A stretch of 64,000 nucleotides of DNA from an uncultured Pseudomonadota bacterium (GTDB taxonomy: Bacteria; Pseudomonadota; Alphaproteobacteria; Acetobacterales; Acetobacteraceae): positions 3,887,557 through 3,951,556 of the forward strand of contig OY970201.1 in assembly GCA_963708245.1 (NCBI GenBank), in the 5' to 3' direction. Shown here in pieces: positions 28,409-38,464 of this stretch. A program made the translations under genes and the position numbers. A model generated the notes under the pieces. It had not been told where the DNA came from. It saw only the letters and a program-made list of their open reading frames with translations, and did not search any database. Every line of letters starts with the position of its first letter. The first letter of the stretch is position 1.

Positions 28409-30481
28409 ATGACCAGAAGCGCACTACCGTCGTGTGATGTGCGGCGACGATCGACCGCAATCTTTGATTCGAAACGGCTCAGACACGCGTGGCAGGCCGC
28501 TGGGCCACCGCTGCTCTTCGGACTGCGGTCGTGGGCGTCGGTCTGTCTCGCGCTCTATGTCGTGTTCTGGCTCCAGCTCGACAATGCGTACTGGGCCGGC
28601 ACCTCCGCTGCGATCGTCTGCCAGCCGCAGCTTGGCGCATCGCTGCGTAAGGGCTGGTTTCGTATGATTGGCACCGTCGTGGGCGCGGTGGCGATCGTCC
28701 TGCTGGCTTCATGCTTCCCGGAAAATCGTGTGTCATTTCTGAGCGGATTGGCGGTGTGGGGCGGCGCCTGCGCTTTCGTCGCCACGGTGCTGCGTAACTT
28801 TGCGAGCTATGCCGCGGCCCTGTCCGGCTACACCGCTGCAATCATCGCCGGCGATGAGCTCGGCCCCACCGGTGGCGTGAACGGAGACATCTTCCTGCTG
28901 GCGGTGTTCCGTGTCAGCGAGATCGCCATCGGCATCGTCTCCGCCGGGATCGTTCTTGCTGCTACCGACCTCGGCGGGGCGCGGCGCCGGCTGGCGACGT
29001 TGTTTGCGGGCCTTGCGGCCGGGATCACGACTGGTCTCACGCGCACGCTGGCGATGGCCGGACCTGAACTACCCGACACGCAACCGATCCGGCGCGACTT
29101 CATCCGCCGTGTCGTCGCCCTCGATCCGCTTATCGACCAGACCATCGGTAAATCTTCTCAGATCCGCTATCACTCGCCTGTGTTGCAGAGAGCCGTGGAC
29201 GGTTTCTTCACCGCACTCTCAGGGTGGCGCGCAGTGGCAAACCATGTCGTTCGGTTGACTCATAGCCAAGCGCGAGCGGACGCGGCTGCCGTGCTGCAAC
29301 GCGTTCCGCCGGAGCTACTGCTGCCGCTGGAACAGGGTGATCCGGCTCGCTGGATGGCGGATCCGATCAGGTTGCACCGGAATTGCGAGGCGGCATGCCA
29401 GCGACTTGTAGCGTTGCCGGCCGGCACGCCCTCGTTGCGCCTGCTCGCCGACAAGACGGCCGAAGCGCTCATGGGCATGTCGCACGCACTCAATGGCCTG
29501 GCTTTGCTCGTCCGCCATCCCGCTCAGCCTCTGCCGCGTCATCTTGGCATCGTCCGCGTGCGCGTGCCCGATTGGCTGCCCGCGCTAGTTAATGCCGGGC
29601 GCGCTTTCGTCACGATCGGCGCCGCCGCGCTGTTCTGGATTGTCACCGCCTGGCCGAACGGCGTTACCGCCATCACCTTTGCTGCGATAACCGTTATCCT
29701 GCTCTCGCCCCGTGCCGATCAGGCGTATGCCGCCGCGTTGGGTTTCGCCGCCGGCATTGCGGTGGCGGCGGCCGTCACAGCGATCGTTGCATTTGCGGTG
29801 CTTCCTCAGGTACAAACGTTTGCAGGATTCAGCATCGCTGTGGGCGTGTATCTGGTCCCGGTGGGCGCTCTGATGGTGCAACCATGGCAAACGGTGCTGT
29901 TCGTCGCAATGGTTGCCAACTTCGTTCCGCTGCTTGCGCCAGCAAATCAGATGAGCTACGACCCCGGGCAGTATTACAACGCGGCCCTGGGGCTCGTCGG
30001 CGGCAGCATCGCTGGGGTATTGTCCTTTCGCCTGCTACCGCCGCTATCGCCGGCATTTCGGACGCGCCGGCTCTTAGCACTAACCCTGCGCGATTTGCGC
30101 AGCCTGGCAATGGGGCGCACATACGATGATTGGAGCGGCCGTATCCACGGCCAACTCTTGGCAATGCCGGAGCAGGCGACGCCGCTGCAGCACACGCAAC
30201 TGTTGGCGGCGCTGTCGGTGGGCATTGAAATCGTGCGGCTACGCCACATCGCGCGCTGGCTCGGACTAAGCGCTGGTCCCAGCCCCGCCTTCGCGGCAAT
30301 GGCGCAGGGCAACAGCGCGAATGCGGTCGCACATCTCGCCCAATTCGATGCCGAGCTGGCAGCTCGTACCGGCACTGGCCCGCACGCGCAAATCGTGCTG
30401 CAGGCGCGCGGCAGCATTATCGCCATTTCGGAGGTGCTTACCCAGCACGCCGCTTACTTCGACGCTGGAGCGCGCCGATGA
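28409..30481 (+). CDS. FUSC (fusaric acid resistance / AaeB-like) family efflux protein
   Basis: About 690 aa with two multi-helix hydrophobic halves. LRSWASVCLALYVVFWLQLDNAYWAGTSAAIV. The start could also be GTG 28379. Confidence 0.8.
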   Translation: MTRSALPSCDVRRRSTAIFDSKRLRHAWQAAGPPLLFGLRSWASVCLALYVVFWLQLDNAYWAGTSAAIVCQPQLGASLRKGWFRMIGTVVGAVAIVLLASCFPENRVSFLSGLAVWGGACAFVATVLRNFASYAAALSGYTAAIIAGDELGPTGGVNGDIFLLAVFRVSEIAIGIVSAGIVLAATDLGGARRRLATLFAGLAAGITTGLTRTLAMAGPELPDTQPIRRDFIRRVVALDPLIDQTIGKSSQIRYHSPVLQRAVDGFFTALSGWRAVANHVVRLTHSQARADAAAVLQRVPPELLLPLEQGDPARWMADPIRLHRNCEAACQRLVALPAGTPSLRLLADKTAEALMGMSHALNGLALLVRHPAQPLPRHLGIVRVRVPDWLPALVNAGRAFVTIGAAALFWIVTAWPNGVTAITFAAITVILLSPRADQAYAAALGFAAGIAVAAAVTAIVAFAVLPQVQTFAGFSIAVGVYLVPVGALMVQPWQTVLFVAMVANFVPLLAPANQMSYDPGQYYNAALGLVGGSIAGVLSFRLLPPLSPAFRTRRLLALTLRDLRSLAMGRTYDDWSGRIHGQLLAMPEQATPLQHTQLLAALSVGIEIVRLRHIARWLGLSAGPSPAFAAMAQGNSANAVAHLAQFDAELAARTGTGPHAQIVLQARGSIIAISEVLTQHAAYFDAGARR

Positions 30482-30669
30482 GCTTCACCGAGATCGACCT
30501 GTTCGGCGTCTATGTCGTGTCGATCTCGGTGATGCTGCTTGCCTTGATGACGGGGTCGGTCGATTTTGCTGCCATGGATCGGCTCGGCGGCGGCGTCATC
30601 CTGCTTTTCGGTTCTCCGATCCTAATCATAGCGAGCGCCCGCCACGCCGCCAGACCGCACGCTTCTTAG
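30478..30669 (+). CDS. DUF1656-like small membrane protein, diverged after about residue 24 (possibly a remnant)
   Basis: MSFTEIDLFGVYVVSISVMLLALM matches the DUF1656 N-terminus; the rest does not. ATGA overlap with the FUSC stop. Confidence 0.45.
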   Translation: MSFTEIDLFGVYVVSISVMLLALMTGSVDFAAMDRLGGGVILLFGSPILIIASARHAARPHAS

Positions 30670-30679
30670 GGAGGCACCG

Positions 30680-31918
30680 ATGAATGTCTCGCTCGTCACA
30701 GCCCGACGATCCACCGAGGAACATCGGCGGCGTCCGCTGCTGTTCGTCGGTTTTGTGATGATCGCGGTGGTCGCTGGAGTTTATGTGGCCTGGCAACATG
30801 TTGCCCGCGCCCCTCACGTCCCGCCCGAGCCCCCGGCGCTAGTTCCCGTCATCGCTACGACAGTCCAGGCACAAAATTTCCCGATCGTGCTGACCGGGAT
30901 TGGCAATGTCACGGCGCTGAACTCGGCGACGGTCCGCAGCATGGTGACGGAATCGATTGTCAGCATTGAGTTCAATGACGGCCAGTTCGTCAAAAAAGGC
31001 CAGCTCTTGGCCCAGCTCGATCCAAGCACTTATCAGGCCCTGCTCGACCAGGCCGAGGCCAATCTCGCCCGTGACCAGGCGCATCTCGCCAATGCGGAGA
31101 TCAACCTCGGCCGCTACGTGCCGCTCGAAAAGCAGGGCTTTGCCCCAGAGCAGCAGGTAACCACTCAGGAGGCGCAGATTGGCCGGCTCGAGGCCACGAT
31201 AAAAGGCGATCAGGCGGCGGTCGAATACGCCAAGGTCCAGCTAGGCTACACGAAGCTGGTGGCGCCGTTTGACGGAGTCGCTGGAATTCGCCTGCTCGAT
31301 GTCGGCAACATCATTCACTCGAGCACGACCCGGAGTTTTCCGGGCGACCCAAATGCTTTGGTCGTCATCAACCAGGTCCAGCCGATCGGCGTGATGTTCA
31401 CTCTGGCTGCAGCCGATATCCCTGCGGTGCAAGACGCTCTTGCAAAGGGTTCCGTCAGAGCCATCGCGTTGAGCGCGGACGGCAAAACCGAGCTCGATAC
31501 CGGCACGCTCGCCGCGATCGACAACCAAGCGAATACCACCTCCGGCACGGTAAGCCTCAAGGCAATCTTTCCCAACCCAAATCGCCGACTGTGGCCCGGT
31601 ATGTTTATCAACGTTAGGGTCGTGACCCAAGTGCAGGACAATGGTCTAACGATCCCGCTCGATGCCATCCAGCAGGGGCCACAGGGGCAATACGTATTCG
31701 TTGTCGGCTCCGATCACAAAGTAGCAATGCGGCCGGTCTCGGTGCGCGAGACGCTCAACGGCGAGGCGCTGATCGCCAAAGGGTTGAATGTCGGCGAGAC
31801 GGTTGTCGTGCGCGGCCAATACCGGCTGACGCCCGGTACGATGGTGTCGCTCGCCAATCCAGATAATGCGGCCGCGGTGCCAAATCCCACAACCGCAAGC
31901 GCGGGCCTGTTGCCATGA
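30680..31918 (+). CDS. RND efflux periplasmic adaptor (MdtA-like)
   Basis: 412 aa. Barrel-sandwich/hairpin pattern (YQALLDQAEANLARDQAHLANAEINL, LVAPFDGVAGIRLLDVGN). Confidence 0.85.
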   Translation: MNVSLVTARRSTEEHRRRPLLFVGFVMIAVVAGVYVAWQHVARAPHVPPEPPALVPVIATTVQAQNFPIVLTGIGNVTALNSATVRSMVTESIVSIEFNDGQFVKKGQLLAQLDPSTYQALLDQAEANLARDQAHLANAEINLGRYVPLEKQGFAPEQQVTTQEAQIGRLEATIKGDQAAVEYAKVQLGYTKLVAPFDGVAGIRLLDVGNIIHSSTTRSFPGDPNALVVINQVQPIGVMFTLAAADIPAVQDALAKGSVRAIALSADGKTELDTGTLAAIDNQANTTSGTVSLKAIFPNPNRRLWPGMFINVRVVTQVQDNGLTIPLDAIQQGPQGQYVFVVGSDHKVAMRPVSVRETLNGEALIAKGLNVGETVVVRGQYRLTPGTMVSLANPDNAAAVPNPTTASAGLLP

Positions 31919-34900
31919 ACATCTCAGCAGCGTTCATCCGGCGGCCGATCGCTACAACGATGCTAATGGTGGCGATCTTGCTGCTTGGCCTGATCGGGTA
32001 CGAGCTGTTGCCCGTGGCGGCTTTGCCGGATATCAACTCGCCGACGATCCAAGTCACGGCGCAACTGCCCGGCGCCGATGCGCAGACCGTTGCCAGCACC
32101 GTCACGACCCCGCTCGAACGACAGTTCGGCCAGATACCCGGTCTAGCGCAAATGACTTCGAGCAGCGCCACTGAATACGCCGAGATCACATTGCAATTCG
32201 ATCGCAGCCGCAGCGTCAATTCAGCGGCGCAGGACGTGCAGGCGGCGATCAATGCGACGGCTGGCCAGTTGCCGCCGACGATGCCGAATCCGCCGATCTA
32301 TCGAAAGACCAATCCGGCAGATACGCCCGTGCTGATGCTGGCGCTAACCTCTGAAACGCTGCCGCTAACTACGGTCAGTGATTACGCAAACAGCATATTG
32401 GCACAGAAGATTTCGCAAATGCCGGGTGTCGGACTTGTCAGCATCGGTGGACAACAGAGCCCGGCGATCCGGGTGCAGGTCAACCCGGCGCTGCTGGCCG
32501 CAGAGGGCCTCGACCTGGAGGCGGTGCGGACGGCGCTGGCCACCGCCACAGTCGATCAGCCGAAAGGCACATTGTATGGCGCCAATCAAGCCTTCGCACT
32601 ACAGACCAACGATCAGCTGATGACGGCGCAGGGTTTCAACGACTATATCCTCGCTAACCGCAGCGGCCCCTTCGGCAGTAGCGGACCAGCAAGAGTGCGC
32701 AATGTCGGCCGGGCCATCGTGGGGCCGCAAGATATCAATTTGGCCGGCTGGATGAACGCCGAACCGGCAGTCATTATTGCAATCCAGCGCCAGCCGGGCG
32801 CCAACGTCATCGAGACGGTTGCCCGGATTAGGAAGGCATTGCCGCAGCTTGAAGCCTCACTGCCGCCATCGATCAAAATCCATATTGTTTCGGACCGCAC
32901 CCAAACGATCCGGGCCAGCGTCGCCGATGTTCAACACACACTGCTGTTGACGATCGCGCTGGTCGTCATGGTCATCTTCCTTTTCTTGCGCAAGCTGTGG
33001 GCGACAGTGATTCCGGCGATATCGGTGCCGCTGTCCTTGATCGGCACTTTCGCAGTCCTGTATGTGCTCGGCTACAGCCTCGATAATCTGTCGCTGATGG
33101 CGCTGACGATCGCGGTCGGTTTCGTGGTTGACGATGCGATCGTGATGATCGAGAACATTGTGCGGCACATCGAGGGCGGGAAGACACCGATGCAGGCCGC
33201 TGTGCAAGGGGCAGGCGAAATCGGCTTTACGATCCTGTCGATCTCGATTTCACTGATCGCAGTGTTCATTCCGCTGTTCCTGATGAGCGGCATTGTCGGC
33301 CTGTTGTTTCGGGAATTTGCGGTCACCGTCGCGGTTGCGATTGTCGTCTCGGTCGTCGTCTCGCTGACACTGACGCCGATGATGTGCGCCCGCGTCCTCA
33401 CCGCGGAGGACCAAACGCGTCTAAGCCTCCTCTCTCGAGCGCTGGAGCGCTTCTTTGACGGGCTTGCTGCGGTTTACGACCGCGGCCTTGTGGTCGCGCT
33501 GCGCCACCGCTTTGTCACGCTGCTCGTGATGATCTCGACCGTCGCCGCGACTCTCATTCTGTTCGTGGACATCCCCAAGGGCTTTTTCCGCAGCAAGATA
33601 CTGGCATGATCGTCGGCATTGCGGAAAGCGCGCAGAACATCTCCCCGCAGGCGATGAAGGACCGTATGCAGGCGGTTCTCGCGGTCGTGAAACGGGATCC
33701 GGCGGTCGCCGCCGTGAATGCCTATGTTGGGCCCGGTGGGCCGACCGTCACCGAGAATGACGGCCGCATGTTCATCACGTTGAAGCCGCTGAGCCAGAGG
33801 ACGGCCAACGCAGACCAGGTGATTGCTCGGCTCAACAGGGCGCTGCAGCCGGTTTGGGGCATAACCTTGTACATGCAGGCCGCGCAAGACATCACGATTG
33901 GCGCGCGGCTTTCAAAGACGCAGTACCAATACACACTTGTCGATGTCGATAGCGATGAACTCGATCACTGGGCGCCGATCCTCCTAAAGAAGCTCCAAAC
34001 ATTGCCGCAGCTCACAGACGTTGCCAGCGACCAGCAGAGTACCGGCCGGGTCATGAAGATCGAGGTCAACCGCCAACTCGCCTCGCGGCTCGGCATCAAT
34101 CCATCGGTCGTCGATTCGATCCTCTATGATGCGTTCGGCCAGCGAGTCGCAGCGCGCATCTATACGAGGCTCAACCAATACTTCGTGATTCTCGAAGTCC
34201 AGCCCGATTTCCAACTCGGCCCGAACGCGCTTAGTCGCGTTTATGCGACCTCGTCCAGCGGCGCGGAAGCGCCGTTGAGCGAGTTCGCCACGATCACCTC
34301 AACAGTCGCACCGATTGCGGTCAACCACCAGGGCCAATTTCCGTCCGTCACGTTGAGCTTCAACCTTCCGCCCAATATCTCTATCGGCGAGGCGGTAACA
34401 GCGATCCAACACGCCGCGAAAGAGCTGCACCTGCCGGCTTCGATTGCCACGAGTTTCCAGGGCAGCGCGCAGGCGTTTCAGAATTCGCTCAGCAGCACCC
34501 CAATCCTGATAATAGTGGCACTGATCGCGGTCTACATCATCCTCGGAATGCTCTATGAGAGCACGATCCATCCGATCACGATCATCTCGACACTGCCCTC
34601 GGCAGGACTCGGGACGCTACTGACCCTGATGTTGTTCGGCATGCCGCTCGACGTGATCGGCATCATCGGCATTATCCTGCTGATCGGCATTGTGAAGAAG
34701 AACGGCATCATGCTGATCGACTTCGCGCTGGTGGGCCAGCGCGAGCGTGGGCTCAGCGCCGAGGAGGCAATCCACGAAGCGTGCCGCCTGCGGTTTCGCC
34801 CCATCCTGATGACCACGATGTGCGCGCTGCTTGCCGGCATCCCGTTGATGCTCGGCACTGGTATCGGATCGGAGATCCGCCAACCGCTCGGCTATGCCAT

Positions 34901-35048
34901 CGTCGGCGGCCTTCTGGTATCGCAGCTGCTGACATTGTTCACGACGCCGGTCGTCTACATCTACATGGATCGCCTTGGTCATTGGCTGGGGCGCCACCGC
35001 TCTGCTCGTCACGTGCCCTCGGGTTTAGGGTCGCAGGCCCAAGGCTAG
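31915..35048 (+). CDS. RND multidrug efflux permease (MdtB/MdtC-like), with an apparent -1 frameshift at 33588
   Basis: ORFs 31915..33609 (564 aa) and 33606..35048 (480 aa) are the two halves of one ~1040-aa AcrB-family protein. At GGCTTTTTCCGCAG the reading ...IPKGFF must continue PQQDTGMIVGIAE, which means one C is missing. Confidence 0.85.
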
Positions 35049-35067
35049 GCCGCAGCCGGACCAGGGG

Positions 35068-35160
35068 ATGGAAACCATGCTACGGGCAGGCTGGATCCTC
35101 GCATTGTCGGAAGCGCTGACCCAATACGGCGCCTATTTCCACGCCGGAGGGCCCCGATGA
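35068..35160 (+). pseudogene. 3'-terminal remnant of a second FUSC-family gene
   Basis: Reads ...MLRAGWILALSEALTQYGAYFHAGGPR*. Compare the end of the intact FUSC gene, RGSIIAISEVLTQHAAYFDAGARR*. It has the same CGATGA stop/start overlap with the following DUF1656 gene. Confidence 0.5.
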
Positions 35161-35360
35161 GGTTTACCGAGATCAACTTGTTCGGCGTCTATGTCGCGCC
35201 TATGTCCGTGCTGCTGGTTGCCGCCTGGATAGTCACGATTGCGCTGCGCCGGGTTGCTGCCCGGTTCGGGCTGTTGCGCTACGTCTGGCACCCGGCCGTG
35301 TTCGTAACGGCGGTGTACACGATCGTGCTGTCGGCGATGGTGCTCGTCGCCGCGCGCTGA
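35157..35360 (+). CDS. DUF1656 (AaeX-like) small membrane protein
   Basis: 67 aa. MRFTEINLFGVYVAP...YVWHPAVF matches the family along its full length. Confidence 0.7.
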   Translation: MRFTEINLFGVYVAPMSVLLVAAWIVTIALRRVAARFGLLRYVWHPAVFVTAVYTIVLSAMVLVAAR

Positions 35361-35367
35361 GGTCGCC

Positions 35368-36336
35368 ATGTCACAGATCGAAGCCAAGTTTCCATCGGAA
35401 GCCGCCGAAGCCCCTCGCGAGATCCCCTGGTCTCCCGATCCGGCCGCACGGGCCGCGCCGCGGTGGGGTCGGCGCATCCTCGCGCTGTTGATTACCTTCG
35501 CGACGGTGGCCCTTGCTGTCGGGCTCGGCCGGGCCATGTGGAACGCCTATATGGCAGCACCGTGGACGCGTGACGGCACTGTGCGCGCCTATGTTGTGAC
35601 GATGGCGCCGGAAGTGTCGGGGCGTATCGTCGCGCTGCCCGTCGCCGACAACCAGTTCGTGCACAAAGGTAACCTGTTGATGACCATCGACTGGACCAAC
35701 TACGAGATCGCAGTGCGCCTTAATGAGGCGACGGTAGAGCAGGCAAAGGCCAATATGGAGAACGCCGAGCGCGAGGCCAAGCGGCGGGAGGAGCTTCCCA
35801 ACCTCGCAGTCACCGTCGAGGAGCAGCAGACCTATAACACTCAGGCGGTCGCCGCCCAGGCCCAGTACCAACAGGCTCTGGCCAATCTGGATCAGGCGCG
35901 GGTCAACCTGCAGCGCACCGTCATTCGCTCTCCAGTCAACGGCTGGGTCACCAACCTGTTAGCGCAGCGCGGCGATTATGCCACCGAGGGGCAGAATGTG
36001 ATCTCGGTTGTCGATGCCAATTCATTCTGGGTGTATTTCGAGGAAACCAATCTCGACCTGATCCACGTTGGCGCCCCGGCCGAGATCAAGCTGATGGGTT
36101 ATCCTCGGACCTTGCATGGCCATGTCGATAGTATCTCGCGTGCCATCAACGTCGCGAACGCACAGCCTAACGGACAAGGGGTTGCGACGGTCAATCCGAT
36201 CTTCACCTGGGTGCGCCTGGCCCAGCGCATTCCGGTGCGCATTCATGTTGATCACGTGCCGCAGGGCGTTGAGCTGGTGGCCGGGATGACTGCCACCGTA
36301 CAGATCGATCCGCGCCCCAAGCCGTCCGCCAAATGA
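35368..36336 (+). CDS. HlyD/AaeA-family efflux membrane fusion protein
   Basis: 322 aa with an N-terminal TM helix. DGTVRAYVVTMAPEVSGRIVALPVADNQFVHKGNLL, coiled-coil segment, VRSPVNGWVTN. Confidence 0.85.
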   Translation: MSQIEAKFPSEAAEAPREIPWSPDPAARAAPRWGRRILALLITFATVALAVGLGRAMWNAYMAAPWTRDGTVRAYVVTMAPEVSGRIVALPVADNQFVHKGNLLMTIDWTNYEIAVRLNEATVEQAKANMENAEREAKRREELPNLAVTVEEQQTYNTQAVAAQAQYQQALANLDQARVNLQRTVIRSPVNGWVTNLLAQRGDYATEGQNVISVVDANSFWVYFEETNLDLIHVGAPAEIKLMGYPRTLHGHVDSISRAINVANAQPNGQGVATVNPIFTWVRLAQRIPVRIHVDHVPQGVELVAGMTATVQIDPRPKPSAK

Positions 36337-36409
36337 ACACGCACCTCCTCCAACCAGAGATTGTGCGGCGGGCGCGCGTCCTGACAGAACCCCAGTACTG
36401 CGATTGCGA

Positions 36410-37438
36410 TCACGCAGACTTCCCCTCCCCCTTCTCCCGACGCAGCTGGTCGAGTCCGTAGAGCGCAGCGCCCAGCAACGCTGCATTGGTAAGCACCACC
36501 TTGACCGGTATCGCGCTAAGCACGTCCGACAGCCGGCCCTTGGTGACGAAAACTCGCATGAAACGACCATCACACAACTGCGGCATGATACGAGGCGGGA
36601 TGCCGCCGGCGAGATAAACGCCGCCGGTCGCCAGCACGCGCACCGCCAGGTTGCCAGCCTCGGCACCAAGCGCGGTAGTGAACACCTCCAGCGTCTTCAC
36701 GCATAACGGATCAGCGCCTTCTATGCCCGCTTGCATGATCAGCGGTGTGCGATCGTGCTGCTCGGCTAGATGTGCAGCAAACGTCGGTGATTCCGTCGCG
36801 TGGCCGAGCTCGCGCAGGCCATCATAGATGTTGGGGATGCCGCTGCCGGAGCAGACCCGCTCGCAGGAAACATGGCCGTAGCGACGCCGGAGATATCCCC
36901 ACAGCTCACCCTCCAGTGGGTCGCTCGGCGCGAAATCAGCATGGCCGCCTTCCGAGGCACAGGCGATATAGTCGGTTCCGCCCCAGATCAGAAACGCTTC
37001 GCCGAGCCCGGTTCCCGGCGCGACGACGGCGATCGGCCCTTGCGGCGTAGGCCGCCCGGGGTTGATCGTACGCAGCTCGTCCTCCTGCAGCCGTGGTACC
37101 GCGTAAGCGATGGCCTTCAGATCGTTCAGTAGCGCCACCTGCTCAATGCCGAATGCGCGTGCCAGGCGCGCCTCCTCAATGAGCCAGGGAAGGTTCGTCA
37201 GCCGCGCGCGCCCATCGATCACCGGACCGGCCACATCGAAACACGCCGCCGTCGCGGAGTGGCCCTCCGCCGTCAGAAACGTGCGCACGACCTCCTCTAG
37301 CCCGGCATAGTCGCCGCTGCGGAAGTCGCGCTCGATAATGGGCTGCCGCGCATCGCCATCCGGCGGATACAGCGCGAGCCGCGTATTCGTTCCGCCAATA
37401 TCGCCTACGACCAGCACTGTCTCCCCCCTGCGTGGCAT
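36410..37438 (-). CDS. glk: glucokinase
   Basis: 342 aa. LVVGDIGGTNTRLALY, AVVAPGTGLGEA, GGVYLAGGI. Confidence 0.85.
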   Translation of the reverse strand: MPRRGETVLVVGDIGGTNTRLALYPPDGDARQPIIERDFRSGDYAGLEEVVRTFLTAEGHSATAACFDVAGPVIDGRARLTNLPWLIEEARLARAFGIEQVALLNDLKAIAYAVPRLQEDELRTINPGRPTPQGPIAVVAPGTGLGEAFLIWGGTDYIACASEGGHADFAPSDPLEGELWGYLRRRYGHVSCERVCSGSGIPNIYDGLRELGHATESPTFAAHLAEQHDRTPLIMQAGIEGADPLCVKTLEVFTTALGAEAGNLAVRVLATGGVYLAGGIPPRIMPQLCDGRFMRVFVTKGRLSDVLSAIPVKVVLTNAALLGAALYGLDQLRREKGEGKSA

Positions 37439-37679
37439 GGCCGAAGCTTATACACCAGCCCGGCTGGACTGCGAGGGTCTGACCGGCGACGGTCGCGTTA
37501 CATCGCGTGTCGCGATTGGTCGTCTAATTCGCATTGCTAGGCATAGATGCCGGCTGGGGTCGCTGCCCAGGGCGCAGCGTCAATTGTGCGGCCGGAGAGA
37601 AAGCGCGTGCTCGCATGAGCAATGTTGCGACCAGACCGGCAAAGCCATATGCAGCCAGCATCATTGTGACAATGTTCGG

Positions 37680-38153
37680 CCGATCGGACTTCTGGATATT
37701 CTCGATCAGCTTGATGACGGCGCCGTAGAACTGGCATTAAGCACCCTGGTTGAAGGGGGAGATCAATTCAAATGTGTCGGGCTTCTGGAAGACGAGTATG
37801 TGGTGATTCTCTCAAGCGATCATCCCGATGCCACCGTGCCTCGCCTGTCGATCGAGCGGTTCTCTGCACTACCCCATATCAGTATCACTGCAAACGGCAA
37901 CGACGCCCAATTCGTTGACGAAGCACTTGCTGCGCGTGGACTCGCGCGGCGTGTCCATATGAAAGTCGCGCTGCATTCGCTCGTATCTGTTCTAATTGGC
38001 TCGCAAGCTATAGCGGTCGTGCCGCGGCGTATCGCCGCCTATCTCGCTATTCATTGCCCGCTCGCCACACAAGCCCTGCCGTTCCCTTCCCCGCACGTCA
38101 GGCTCTCGATGATTTGGCATCGCCGAGTTGATAGACATCCGGCCCACCGGTAG
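37680..38153 (+). pseudogene. LysR-family regulator, substrate-binding domain only (HTH and about 110 N-terminal residues missing)
   Basis: IGLLDILDQLDDGAVELALSTL...YVVILSSDHP...IAVVPRRIA...MIWHRRVDRHPAHR. No HTH is found in any frame upstream. Confidence 0.55.
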
Positions 38154-38464
38154 CTGCGTGGAACACTACGAGCGACGATGGCGGCGGCTCAAACCGGCGT
38201 TTGACCGCCGCTATGGTTTCACACACATCGGATTCGGCACGCTTTCCAGGCCACAAAGGTAAGCGGGTCCTCCTGCATGACATTGGAAATGTGCCGGAGA
38301 TCAGGGGCGCATTCGCCGAAGTTGATCAGTCGGTGGTCGGCCAGTAGCTCGCGCCGGTGCGGCAATAACCCGGAGATAGCCGAACGCGACGACCCATCTG
38401 GTTCGGCCCGGCCGTCGCGCCAAGCCAGACTTGACCCACACCATCGGTCCGTATTGCTGACGGG

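Noticed and set aside
37545-37690. Small hydrophobic minus-strand ORF (MMLAAYGFAGLVATLLMRARAF.., about 46 aa) antisense to the LysR stump
   Set aside because: It is too short, has no RBS and no recognisable family. It could equally be the tail of another destroyed membrane-protein gene, so it is not reported as a feature.
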